Notes under the pieces: generated by a model | The model's input: only the letters and a program-made list of their open reading frames with translations | The model's database searches: none | What the model was told of the DNA's origin: nothing | Shown: piece by piece, positions 9,048 to 18,519 of the stretch | Layout of the letters: each line of letters opens with the position of its first letter | How positions within the stretch are numbered: position 1 is the stretch's first letter | Translations under genes and position numbers: made by a program | NCBI GenBank assembly: GCA_963847445.1 | Contig: CAWJZV010000047.1 | Span: 1 to 20,413 of the forward strand | DNA: 20,413 nt | Direction: 5' to 3' | From: an uncultured delta proteobacterium | Lineage (GTDB): Bacteria > Desulfobacterota > Binatia > UBA9968

Positions 9048-9350
9048 TTAAACAATCGGATTATGCACGGTCACCAACTTGGTGCCGTCGGGAAACGTCG
9101 CTTCAATCTGAATATCCGGAATCATCTCAGCGATTCCTTCCATCACATCGTCGCGGGTCAACAGCGTTGCGCCCCAGCCCATTAATTCCGCAACGCTGCG
9201 GCCATCGCGCGCGCCCTCCATGATCGCCGCGCTAATGAACGCGACGGCTTCGGGATAGTTGAGCTTCAAACCGCGGGCTTTGCGCCGCTCGGCCAACAAT
9301 CCGGCGGTGAAGATGAGCAGTTTATCTTTTTCTCTCGGGGTCAATTCCAT
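9048..9350 (-). CDS. ureA: Urease gamma subunit UreA (100 aa)
   Basis: [12 protein letters not shown]...[10 protein letters not shown]...[17 protein letters not shown]; SD AAGGAG. The true start is 9350, not 9734. Confidence 0.98.
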   Translation of the reverse strand: MELTPREKDKLLIFTAGLLAERRKARGLKLNYPEAVAFISAAIMEGARDGRSVAELMGWGATLLTRDDVMEGIAEMIPDIQIEATFPDGTKLVTVHNPIV

Positions 9351-9426
9351 TGCAATCTCCTTATTGGGCCGTGGGTTGACTAGGCGTACCACAGACAAAA
9401 TGACCGCTGGAAGTCGACTCTTATTT

Positions 9427-9512
9427 CCGTCCTTCCCGTGAAAACGGGAATCCAGGTTCTTTCGACTCCATGCCGGAATAAACCTGGATTCCCGCATCCG
9501 CGGGAATGACGG
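9427..9512. repeat. REP-like inverted pair of palindromic units (CGTC-tagged type)
   Basis: CCGTCCTTCCCGTGAAAACGGGAATCCAGG ... CCTGGATTCCCGCATCCGCGGGAATGACGG. Confidence 0.85.
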
Positions 9513-9532
9513 GGTAGGACACGGAACCGGAG

Positions 9533-9560
9533 AGATTTCTCGCTTCGCTCGAAATGACGG
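9533..9560. repeat. Solitary REP-like palindromic unit
   Basis: AGATTTCTCGCTTCGCTCGAAATGACGG, with the same ATGACG end as the neighbouring elements. Confidence 0.7.
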
Positions 9561-9644
9561 CGTGCTGCCGTCGTGCCTGTCATCCGCTCTTTCCATGTCA
9601 AGACTTCCATCTTGGTAGCAAGCTTCCCGTCGCACTTCCCAGTC

Positions 9645-9727
9645 TGTCATTCCGGCGCAAGCCGGAATCCACAAATTTGCCGGCAAACTAAAGACAAAGA
9701 TGGATACCGGCATTCGCCGGTATGACG
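9645..9727. repeat. REP-like inverted pair of palindromic units
   Basis: TGTCATTCCGGCGCAAGCCGGAATCCA ... TGGATACCGGCATTCGCCGGTATGACG. Confidence 0.85.
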
Positions 9728-9746
9728 GATTCATGATTCGACCGAC

Positions 9747-10586
9747 TTACGTCCTCCAGATTCTCGGTTCAACCGCCGTGCGCCCAATCACCGCCGGCCG
9801 GATCGCCTGCCAAATTTTTGTAAAATAAATCTTCGCCGCTGCGCTCGACCCGCCGAGATACCGTCCGACTAGGAGTCCAGGCAAAAGAGTTATGGCACCT
9901 TGGCCGCGCAGCGGTGCGATTTCACGGCAAGCTGCCAATAACGGCGGAGTCAATTTATCCGAGGCCGCCAGCATGGTGGCGACAACCGGCTCCCCAGCCA
10001 AGACTGCCGGTGCTTCGAGAGCGCGGTCATTACCGGCCAGGCACGCGCGCTCGAACCATAATGGTTTGCCGTCGCGTTTGAGGGTCGTGCGCGAACGCCA
10101 TTCGCCGCTGCTGAAGCGCTCAGCCGAACCGGTGCGGCCGAGGCAGAGAATTTCCCAACCGATAAATGCTCCATTGCCACTGAGTTCGACGTCAAGACGG
10201 GAGTCGGCGCGGGCCCCGTCGAAGACAATGGTTTCCTGCGGCAACCATTCGAGACTGGCCGCGCCGGCCACGTCGAAAATGACTCGCTGGCGCGCCCAGT
10301 CTCCCGCTGAGCGATACCATTTTGCCGCACCCGGCGTAGTCAGCAATGCGCTGGCCTCGGCACCAAGGTCGGTGCGCAACTCAAGCTCGTCGCCGCCGGC
10401 GATGCCGCCCGGTGGATGAACGATGATCGCGTGGCAAACCTCGTCGCCTTCAGGATAGAGCGGCTTTTGAATTACCAGAGGACCATCGTGACGCCGCGCC
10501 GACAAGACCGTGCGCGCGGCGCGCCGTTCAAACTCGAGGGCGAGTCGAGCATGCCATGCATGGGATTGGACCGCCTCGGTATTCAA
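9747..10586 (-). CDS. ureD: Urease accessory protein UreD (start uncertain; TTG 10586 gives 279 aa)
   Basis: WHARLALEF, GPLVIQKPLYPEG, HPPGGIAGGD, LTTPGAAKWYRS, LEWLPQETI and PRIWRT motifs. Confidence 0.95.
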   Translation of the reverse strand: MNTEAVQSHAWHARLALEFERRAARTVLSARRHDGPLVIQKPLYPEGDEVCHAIIVHPPGGIAGGDELELRTDLGAEASALLTTPGAAKWYRSAGDWARQRVIFDVAGAASLEWLPQETIVFDGARADSRLDVELSGNGAFIGWEILCLGRTGSAERFSSGEWRSRTTLKRDGKPLWFERACLAGNDRALEAPAVLAGEPVVATMLAASDKLTPPLLAACREIAPLRGQGAITLLPGLLVGRYLGGSSAAAKIYFTKIWQAIRPAVIGRTAVEPRIWRT

Positions 10587-10722
10587 TATCAGTCCCGGCA
10601 ATGAACCAACCTGTTTTGTGAAAATCACGGAGTTATTGAAATCCCCCATGGGACAGCCGTTGTCGAGGTTTGCATCGTTCATTGGCCAAACCAACGGTCC
10701 TATCCAATAAGCGGCCGGAAAC

Positions 10723-11196
10723 TTATTCGTTTGGCAAATCACTGCGGCGCGATAGCCGGGCAATCGAATCGATCAGCACGCGTTCTTTCTCGACCAGGGT
10801 GCGCAGCGATTCCTTGAATATCCGCTCCGATAGCAAAGGATATCGCAATAGTAAATTGCGAAAAACCTCAGCACTCCATTGCAGCACCGTCGCCGATTCC
10901 CGCGCGCGCACGGACGCCGCCCGAGGGATGCCGCAGAGCACAGCCAATTCGCCGAGGATCGTGCCCTGGCCGACGTCGGTGAGAATCATATCGCCGCCGT
11001 CGCGTTCGACGAAAACCTGTATTGTTCCGCCGAGCACGAGCACCGCAAACGCCGGTGGATCGCCCTCCTTGAATAGAAGTTCTCCCCCCGAGCAGGCGCG
11101 GATGTCGCCGCGCTCCAGCAGCCTTTGGGCGCCCTGGGCAGTAAAACCCTGCAACAATGGAAATGTCGTCATGGTCTCGGCGAATCGATCGTGCAT
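10723..11196 (-). CDS. Stand-alone cyclic nucleotide-binding domain protein (Crp-like sensor domain, no HTH)
   Basis: LFKEGD...VLVLGGTIQV...LGELAVLCGIPRAASVRA phosphate-binding cassette. Ends after a C-helix. ATG 11196 is preferred over GTG 11256. Confidence 0.85.
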   Translation of the reverse strand: MHDRFAETMTTFPLLQGFTAQGAQRLLERGDIRACSGGELLFKEGDPPAFAVLVLGGTIQVFVERDGGDMILTDVGQGTILGELAVLCGIPRAASVRARESATVLQWSAEVFRNLLLRYPLLSERIFKESLRTLVEKERVLIDSIARLSRRSDLPNE

Positions 11197-11301
11197 AACC
11201 ACCCTCGCCTCCCTTGCTGCTGCCGGCGACAGTATCGGCAACTTGGTTCGAGACACCTCGAAGCGAAACTTTTTTCTTGCGGTGCAGAGTATGACGAGCG
11301 C

Positions 11302-12051
11302 TTACACGCTCAACCAGCGCTTCACGTCGTCACCAAGAAGCCGCTCGCGGTCTCCTTCCATGATGATGGCACCGCGGTCGAGCACGCAATAGTAGTCACA
11401 AATCTCGCGGGCGAAGTCTAAGTATTGCTCGACCAGCAGGATGGCGATGCGGCCTTCCTCTTTGATGCGCCGCACCGCGGCTTTGATCGCTTCGAGCTCC
11501 GGCGACTCCCGTCTTGCGCCCTTGACCCGATGCAGCACTTTCTGGATCTGCTGAATGATCGATGGCTGAATTCCCTCCGTCGGCTCGTCCAGAATCAGCA
11601 GCTTGGGTTTCGTGAGCAGCGCCCGTCCAATCGCCAGCTGTTGCTGCTGGCCGCCCGAGAGATCGCCGCCGCGCCGTTGGCGCATTTCCTTGAGCACGGG
11701 AAACATTTCGTAAATCTCCGGATCGATTTCCCGGGTTTTTTGCCCGGCCAATCCGGTTAACAGGTTTTCTTCCACCGTGAGCCGGGGAAATATCTCCCGT
11801 CCCTGCGGCACGTAGCCGAGACCGAGGCGCGCCCGCGCGTGCGGTGAGGCGTGGGTAATATCTTGGCCGTCGAGCGTGATCGTGCCGGAGCGCACGCGCT
11901 CGACGCCCATCAGCGATTTGAGCAGCGTGCTTTTGCCGACGCCGTTACGGCCGAGCACCGCGGTACAGGTCCCGGCGGCGACTTCGAAGGAGATGTCGCT
12001 CAACGTGTGGCTGCCGCCATAGTAGTGATTTAATCCTTCAACTTGCAGCAT
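11302..12051 (-). CDS. urtE: Urea ABC transporter ATPase UrtE
   Basis: YYGGSHTL, GRNGVGKS, YVPQGREIFPRLTVEEN, LSGGQQQQLAI, LDEPTEGIQPSII and LLVEQY motifs. Confidence 0.95.
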   Translation of the reverse strand: MLQVEGLNHYYGGSHTLSDISFEVAAGTCTAVLGRNGVGKSTLLKSLMGVERVRSGTITLDGQDITHASPHARARLGLGYVPQGREIFPRLTVEENLLTGLAGQKTREIDPEIYEMFPVLKEMRQRRGGDLSGGQQQQLAIGRALLTKPKLLILDEPTEGIQPSIIQQIQKVLHRVKGARRESPELEAIKAAVRRIKEEGRIAILLVEQYLDFAREICDYYCVLDRGAIIMEGDRERLLGDDVKRWLSV

Positions 12052-12053
12052 GA

Positions 12054-12879
12054 TCAGCGCCCGAGATAAACTTCGATGACCCGCTCGTCGTTCTGCACGG
12101 TATCCATCGTTCCTTCCACCAGTACGCTGCCCTCGTGGAGCACCGTCACCTTGCGTGCCAGCGACGCGACGAATGCCATGTCGTGCTCGACAACGACTAA
12201 AGAATGCTTTCCCTCCAACGACAGGAACAGTTCCGCCGTGCGCTCGGTCTCTTCGTCGCTCATGCCCGCGGCGGGCTCGTCGAGCAGCAGCACTTGCGGC
12301 TCCTGGATCAGCAACATACCGATTTCAAGCCACTGCTTTTGCCCATGCGACAAAAGCCCCGCTTGATCGCGCATGCGGTTCTTGAGATTTATTTGCTTGA
12401 GCATTGCGTCGATGCGATCCTCTTCCGCCGAATCGCGCCGGTGAAATAGGGTATCCCACACGCCTTTCGGGCTTTTGATCGCGAGCTCGAGATTTTCGTA
12501 CACGGTGTGGTTTTCAAACACGGACGGTTTTTGAAACTTGCGGCCGACACCGAGGCGCGCGATCTCGTACTCGGGCAACTTGGTGAGATCGAGGGTCTGG
12601 CCGAGGAAAACCGTGCCGGTGTCCGGCCGCGTTTTGCCGGTGATGACGTCCATCATGGTCGTCTTGCCGGCGCCGTTGGGACCGATCACACAGCGCAGTT
12701 CGCCGACATCGATGGAAAAAGACAAATCGTTGAGGGCGCGAAAGCCGTCGAAACTGACCGTCACGCCTTCGAGATAAAGAATCGCCTTATGGGAGACATC
12801 GATCGCTTCGGCCTGGACCACGTGGCTGATACCGGTGCTTTCGATACCGCCGTCGAAGTCCCAATGTCTCGCTCGTCAT
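12054..12879 (-). CDS. urtD: Urea ABC transporter ATPase UrtD (probable +1 indel at 12860-12862)
   Basis: VSFDGFRALN, GPNGAGKT, GRKFQKP, LSHGQKQWLEIGM and VVVEHDM motifs. The ATGA-coupled start at 12879 is in frame if TTGGGAC is read as TTG GAC. Confidence 0.93.
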
Positions 12880-13968
12880 TTGTCGCCCCGCCGCGCCAAG
12901 CCCATCACGCCTTTGGGCAAATAGACGGTGACCACGACGAATAGCGCGCCGAGAAAATACAACCAGAACTCCGGCCAGGCGACGGTGAAATAACTCTTGG
13001 CGCCGTTGACGATGGCGGCGCCGAGAATCGCTCCAGCGAGAGTGCCGCGGCCGCCCACGGCCACCCAGATGGCGATTTCGATGGAGTTCGCCGGCGACAT
13101 CTCGCTCGGGTTGATGATGCCCACCTGGGGCACGTAGAGCGCGCCGGCAATACCGCACAACAGCGCCGACAGTGTCCAGACAAAAAGTTTGTAGTCGCGG
13201 GTGTTGTAGCCGGAAAACATCGTGCGCGACTCGGCGTCGCGAATCGCCGCGAGCACCCGGCCAAACTTGGAAGTGACGATGTAGCGGCACAGCAGCAGGG
13301 TCAGGATCAGAACCAACCCGGTAACCGCAAACAGGGTCACGCGAGTGCCGGGATGAGCCAGGGAGAATCCCATGATCCGTTTGAAGTCGGTGAAGCCGTT
13401 GTTGCCGCCAAATCCCGTGTCGTTACGAAAAAACAGCAGCATGAACGCAAAGGTCAGCGCCTGGGTGATGATCGAGAAATAGACGCCCTTGATGCGCGAG
13501 CGAAAGGCAAACCAGCCGAAAACAAACGCCAGCAAACCGGGCACGAGCAGGATTTTCAATAGCGCCAATGAGAAATACTCGCTGCCGGCCCAATACCAGG
13601 GAAACTCTTTCCAGTCGAGAAAGACCATGAAGTCGGGCAAGATGCTGCGATACTGCCCTTCGGCGCCGATCTCGCGCATGAGATACATGCCCATCGAGTA
13701 ACCGCCCAGGGCGAAGAACAAACCATGGCCGAGGGAGAGGATGCCGGCATAGCCCCAAATCAAATCCATCGCCAAGGCGACAATGGCGTAGCACATGATC
13801 TTGCCGATCATGAGCAGGTAGTAATCGGAGAGGTGCAGCGGGTTTTCCGCCGGCAGCAGCAAACGCAGCAAAGGTATGACGAGCAACACGACGGCTGAAA
13901 AAACCCCAAGGCCGAACCAGGCCGGGCGGCTGTAAAACGAATTCGCTAGCGTTACCTTGCGAATCCAT
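12876..13968 (-). CDS. urtC: Urea ABC transporter permease UrtC (probable +1 indel in the first codons)
   Basis: DLIWGYAGILSLGHG, RSRIKGVYFSIITQAL, GFGGNNGFTDF and WVAVGGRGTL motifs. ATG 13968, just after the urtB stop, is one base out of frame with the gene body. Confidence 0.93.
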
Positions 13969-13969
13969 C

Positions 13970-15583
13970 TCAGCTCTCCGCCATGCGTCCCTTCAAGGCG
14001 AACAATCCTTGGGGCCGTTTCTGGATGAACAGGATGATGATGATCAGGACAAAAATCTTCCCCAGCACGGCGCCGGTGAACGGTTCTAAAAATTTATTGA
14101 TTTCGCCCAAGACCGATGGCGGCGATGATGGTGCCGGCCAATTGGCCGACGCCGCCCAGAACCACGACCATGAACGAATCGACGATATAGCTTTGGCCCA
14201 GGTCGGGGCCGACGTTGCCGATCTGGGATAACGCCACGCCGCCCAGACCGGCGATGCCGGAGCCAAGACCGAAGGTGAGCCAGTCGACGCGCGGCGTCGG
14301 GATGCCCATGCAGTCGGCCATGGTGCGGTTTTGCGTCACGGCGCGGACGTAAAGACCGAGTCTTGTGCGGGTGAGAAAAAGCCAGACTAGAAATACCACG
14401 AACGCAGCGAACAAAATGATCACGACGCGGTTATAAGGCAGCACGACATCGGCGCCGAGATTGAAACCGCCCGACATCCAGGCCGGATTGGCGACCTCGA
14501 CATTTTGCGCGCCGAATAGCGAGCGCACCGACTGAGTCAGCATCAAGCTGATGCCCCAGGTGGTGAGCAAGGTTTCCAGCGGCCGGCCGTAGAGAAAACG
14601 AATGACGGTGCGCTCCAGCACGATGCCGACCAACGCCGCCACCGCGAACGCCATCGGCACCGCCGCGGCGATATACCAGTCCAGCCAGTTGGGCAAATAT
14701 GCTCGGAACAAACTCTGGGCGACATAGGTGGTGTAGGCGCCGAGCATGAGCATTTCGCCATGGGCCATATTGATGATGCCCATCAACCCGAAGGTGATCG
14801 CTAGACCGAGGGCGGCCAGCAATAGCACGCTGCCGAGGCTCAGACCGCTAAACAGCGTGGCGGCGATCTGGGGCAAGAGCGAGCGGCGCTCGATGGCGCG
14901 CAGCGCCGCGGTCGCCGCGGCCCGGACGCCGGCATCGGTCTCGATAAAACTGCCATCCGAGTTTTTTTCCAGCAGCTTGCCGATAATCTGTTTCGCCTGG
15001 GGATTGTCGCTGCTGCCCAGTAAATTCACGGCGTCGCGGCGCAGTGCGGCATCGCCGCTTTTGATTTCCACGAGTGAGCGTGCCTGGTTGAGCAAGCGCT
15101 TCACTTCGTCGTCGCTTTCTTTGCTGAGAGCGGTTTTGATCAGCGGCAGCATTTCGTCGCTGGGATCGCCGGCCACTGCCCGCGCCGCCGCCAGGCGCTC
15201 GTCCGATTGGATGAAACCAGCTTGAGCGCAGCGATGGCGCCGTCGAGGGCGGCGCGAATCCGGTTATTGATCATGATCGCTTCGCGTTTGTCCGCCGGCG
15301 CGACAATCGGCTCGCCGCTAAGCGCGTCCTTGGCCCCGCTGCCCTCGACGATCGCCAGACGGCCATTCACCAGCACAAGGATATCGTCTTGGAGCGCTTT
15401 CAATATCGGGATCGCGGCGGCATCACCGGTGGCAACCAGCTTCTGGATCGCGGCAAGTTTAGCGTCGCCATCTTCGGCGCCGAGCTGCTTGGCTGTCGCG
15501 CCATCGATGGCATAGGCCCAGGCGGCGCTGGTGAACAGCATGACGGTAAGTGCCGCGGCTCGACACCAGCACGGTGTGATCAT
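13970..15583 (-). CDS. urtB: Urea ABC transporter permease UrtB with N-terminal periplasmic extension (-1 indel at ~15203, +1 indel at ~14107)
   Basis: Three ORF pieces join into one protein: INNRIR..., LGLAITFGLMGIINMAHGE, YGRPLETLL.TWG, DSFMVVVLGGVG and FIQKRPQGLFALKGR. Confidence 0.92.
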
Positions 15584-15706
15584 TGGGTGAGCTGCTCTCG
15601 CATAATGATGAAATAAACTGAACGTGCTTCGACCCTTCGAGGGGCCCCGAGAGAATTTTACCGCAACTTGCCAGACCTTTGTGGGAATCTCAACGACCGC
15701 GGATTG

Positions 15707-15744
15707 AGCAGCGCCGGAAACTGCATCGAGTTCCCGGCGCTGCT
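15707..15744 (-). terminator. Strong stem-loop just after urtA (mRNA stabiliser or partial terminator)
   Basis: AGCAGCGCCGGGAACT-CGATGC-AGTTTCCGGCGCTGCT, a 16-bp stem with one G-U pair and no U tract. Confidence 0.55.
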
Positions 15745-15751
15745 GTCGGTT

Positions 15752-17080
15752 CTATTTCTTTTTCGCGATGATTTCCGGTTCGTCTTTTTTCTTGTCGTTG
15801 CCGGCGATGTAGGGGCTCCAGGGTTTGGCTTTCACCGGGCCCGGCGTCTTCCACACGATATTGAACTGTCCGTCCGCCTTCACTTCGCCGACGAACACCG
15901 GCTTGTGCAGGTGATGATTTTTCTCGTCCATCTTAATCGTAAATCCCGAAGGCGCCTTGAAGCTCTGACCGCCCACGGCGGCGATCACTGGGTCGACATC
16001 GGTGGTTTTCGCTTTTTCCACCGCTTGCTTCCACATGTATATGCCAATGTAGGCGGCTTCCATCGGGTCGTTGGTCAACGGTTTATCCTTGTGGCCGGCA
16101 AGATTTTTCGCTTTGGCGTAGGCCGCCCACTTCTTGGTGAACTCATCGTTGGTCGGATTTTTCAGCGACATGAAATAATTCCACGCCGCCAGATGTCCCA
16201 CCAGCGGTTTGGTATCGACGCCGCGCAGCTCCTCCTCGCCGACTGAGAACGCCACCACTGGAACATCCTTGGCTTTTAGGCCCTGATTGCCCAGTTCCTT
16301 GTAAAAAGGCACGTTGGAGTCGCCGTTGATGGTCGAAATCACCGCGGTCTTTTTGCCTTCACCGGCGAATTTTTTGATTTTGCCAATGATCGTCTGATAG
16401 TCGGTGTGGCTGAACGGCGTGTACTCTTCCAGGATATCCGCGTCGGGAATATTCTTAGATTTCAGGAAGGCGCGCAGAATTTTATTGGTCGTGCGCGGGT
16501 AGACATAGTCCGTGCCGAGCAACACGAAGCGCTTCGCGCCGCCGCCGTCCTTCGACATCAAATACTCGACGGCCGGAATCGCCTGCTGATTTGGCGCGGC
16601 GCCGGTATAAAAAACATTTTTCGAAAGCTCCTCGCCTTCATATTGCACCGGATAGAAAAGCAAGCCGTTCAATTCCTCGAAAACCGGCAAGACGCTCTTG
16701 CGCGACACCGAGGTCCAGCAGCCGAACACCACGGCGACTTTGTCCTGGGTAATCAACTGGCGCGCCTTCTCCGCGAACAGCGGCCAGTTCGACGCCGGAT
16801 CGACAACCACGGCCTCGAGTTTCCTCCCTAACACGCCGCCCTTGGCATTGATCTCTTCGATGGCCATCAGGGTCACGTCCTTGAACACGGTTTCACTGAT
16901 CGCCATGGTTCCGCTCAACGAATGGAGCACGCCAATTTTGATGGTATCTTTACTCTGCGCTCTGACCGGCAGCGGCATCGCCAGCAATGCCGCAATTCCC
17001 GTGAGCGCGCTCAGGCGCTTGAAAAAATTGCACCGGCCTTGTCGAATCGCGACATTGATTCTCTTAAATACGGTAGCCAT
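15752..17080 (-). CDS. urtA: Urea ABC transporter substrate-binding protein UrtA
   Basis: IKIGVLHSLSGTMAISE, FGCWTSVSRKSVLP, YPVQYEG, GAAPNQQ, GTDYVYPRTTN and TNDPMEA motifs; SD GGAGG. Confidence 0.96.
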   Translation of the reverse strand: MATVFKRINVAIRQGRCNFFKRLSALTGIAALLAMPLPVRAQSKDTIKIGVLHSLSGTMAISETVFKDVTLMAIEEINAKGGVLGRKLEAVVVDPASNWPLFAEKARQLITQDKVAVVFGCWTSVSRKSVLPVFEELNGLLFYPVQYEGEELSKNVFYTGAAPNQQAIPAVEYLMSKDGGGAKRFVLLGTDYVYPRTTNKILRAFLKSKNIPDADILEEYTPFSHTDYQTIIGKIKKFAGEGKKTAVISTINGDSNVPFYKELGNQGLKAKDVPVVAFSVGEEELRGVDTKPLVGHLAAWNYFMSLKNPTNDEFTKKWAAYAKAKNLAGHKDKPLTNDPMEAAYIGIYMWKQAVEKAKTTDVDPVIAAVGGQSFKAPSGFTIKMDEKNHHLHKPVFVGEVKADGQFNIVWKTPGPVKAKPWSPYIAGNDKKKDEPEIIAKKK

Positions 17081-17146
17081 GAACTCCCTCCATGTAGCAA
17101 ACGGTTAATAATGAATTCCCCTAAATTCCCCCGTCACGAATCTTTG

Positions 17147-18439
17147 CTAGAATAAAAACTGCGCTTGGAACCTAAAGCGATGCGCATCGCGCGCCTTGGG
17201 TTGGCCGCGAAAGTTGTCGTTGTCGAGAAAGCTATAGTCGGTCTGAAGCTTCAGGTTGTGGCCATGGATGTAGTAGTTCAAGCCGCCGGTGTACGCGGTG
17301 GTCTTGCGATTCACTCCGGCAACATTCAGCTTGTCGAATTCAACCCCCGAGATCCGCCCGGCCAATTCCAACTTGCCGGGCACAAGATAATAGCCAAGCT
17401 GAGAGTAGTATCCCCAGTCATTGCCATCGGACAGTCCAGGCGTGGTATAACTGTCGCGGCGATAATAACCGGCACCCTGAATAGTCAGCTGCTCCCAACG
17501 AAAACCGAGATCTAACGTGACGTTGGTCGTGCTATCTTTGCTTAGCAAATTTTGAAACGACGAAGCACCGTCGATGGGATTGTAAGCCACCGCGACGCCG
17601 ACGGAGAGTTGCGGTTCGGTCACGGGCTTGGGCGAACTCTCGTAGTAGCCATAGGGTTTAAGAATGTCCAATTCCAAGCGTCCGAGCGCGCCGATGTTAC
17701 TGCCGATATTCTGCTGCCCAGGCGCATCCAGGGCGCGGACACTGTTAAGCGTTGCCGCGTGATAGGAAAGCGGGCCGAGTTTGCCGGAAACATGAGCGCC
17801 GATGCCGCGCGGCAGATTGAACGCATAGTCAGCTTCCGACAAATCGGAGAACAGGAGATTTCCCGGATGGGTGTAGAATTGCCGGCTGTACGGCAGCACA
17901 AAGCGCCCACCCTGCAGGCCAAATTCGGGAGCGAAACTATATTTCATCCACCAATCCAGCATCGTAATATCGTTATTGTTGCCGAAAGTACTGCCCTGAA
18001 GCTGCATGAAATAATTTAGTTTAGGGTCAAACATCGTCCCTGACAGCGCTAACCGAGCCAGCCCGACATCGAAATTCTGGTTGGTGTGTCCATTCTCGGG
18101 CGCGTCGAACGTGTAACGGAACTGGGCGAAGCCGTTCGCCACCAGCGAGAACGGCTTGTCCTTACTGCGGATATAAAATCCGTCGTCGTAACCGGCCTCG
18201 ACGGCCGGCAATTTTGCAATTGCTTCCGCCTGGGCTTTGGCTCTCGCCTCGTTTTTCGCCTCCTGCGACTCGACGCGCTTCTCAAGCTGTTCGATATAAG
18301 CGCGTTGCTTCGCCAACTCTTGGCGCAGCAGTTTTAAATCCTCCGCGGATTCCGCCGCTATCGACCAGCCCGAAGTGAAACCCAAACTAACTGCCCCCGC
18401 CACCATTGCGATGGCCACACGATCCCATGCTCCCCTCAT
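17147..18439 (-). CDS. Outer-membrane porin (OprO/OprP-like beta-barrel), probable urea/short-amide channel
   Basis: Signal peptide, coiled-coil stalk, YDDGFYIRS...GFAQFRY, GLNYYIHGHNLKLQTDY and terminal RFQAQFLF (C-terminal Phe); first gene of the urt cluster. Confidence 0.82.
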   Translation of the reverse strand: MRGAWDRVAIAMVAGAVSLGFTSGWSIAAESAEDLKLLRQELAKQRAYIEQLEKRVESQEAKNEARAKAQAEAIAKLPAVEAGYDDGFYIRSKDKPFSLVANGFAQFRYTFDAPENGHTNQNFDVGLARLALSGTMFDPKLNYFMQLQGSTFGNNNDITMLDWWMKYSFAPEFGLQGGRFVLPYSRQFYTHPGNLLFSDLSEADYAFNLPRGIGAHVSGKLGPLSYHAATLNSVRALDAPGQQNIGSNIGALGRLELDILKPYGYYESSPKPVTEPQLSVGVAVAYNPIDGASSFQNLLSKDSTTNVTLDLGFRWEQLTIQGAGYYRRDSYTTPGLSDGNDWGYYSQLGYYLVPGKLELAGRISGVEFDKLNVAGVNRKTTAYTGGLNYYIHGHNLKLQTDYSFLDNDNFRGQPKARDAHRFRFQAQFLF

Positions 18440-18446
18440 AAATGAT

Positions 18447-18519
18447 CCTCCTCTGATGTTTTGCTACTCGTTGCATTGTCGATCCGCCGTTGGATCAAGA
18501 GGAGACCACGTTGTCTTCC
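18447..18519 (-). promoter_or_regulatory. ANTAR-type dual-hairpin RNA element overlapping an anti-SD sequence
   Basis: AGAC-AACGTG-GTCT, linker CCTCTT, GATCC-AACGGC-GGATC. Both hexaloops have A1 and G4 and a closing C-G pair. CTCCTCTTGAT can pair instead with ATCAGAGGAG, which includes the SD. Confidence 0.72.

Noticed and set aside
8993-9727. CRISPR array
   Set aside because: The repeats are 9-bp units or non-identical inverted palindromes, with no regular repeat-spacer period and no cas genes.
9351-9734. 128-aa N-terminal extension of UreA
   Set aside because: It reads through REP-like repeats; the canonical MELTPREK start with an SD is at 9350.
10587-10763. Long N-terminal extension of UreD
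   Set aside because: It overlaps the cNMP gene and lacks UreD character; similarity begins near WHARLAL.
15580-15603. 7-codon uORF (MREQLTQ*) overlapping the urtB ATG
   Set aside because: Too short and has no SD; cannot be told apart from chance or another indel.
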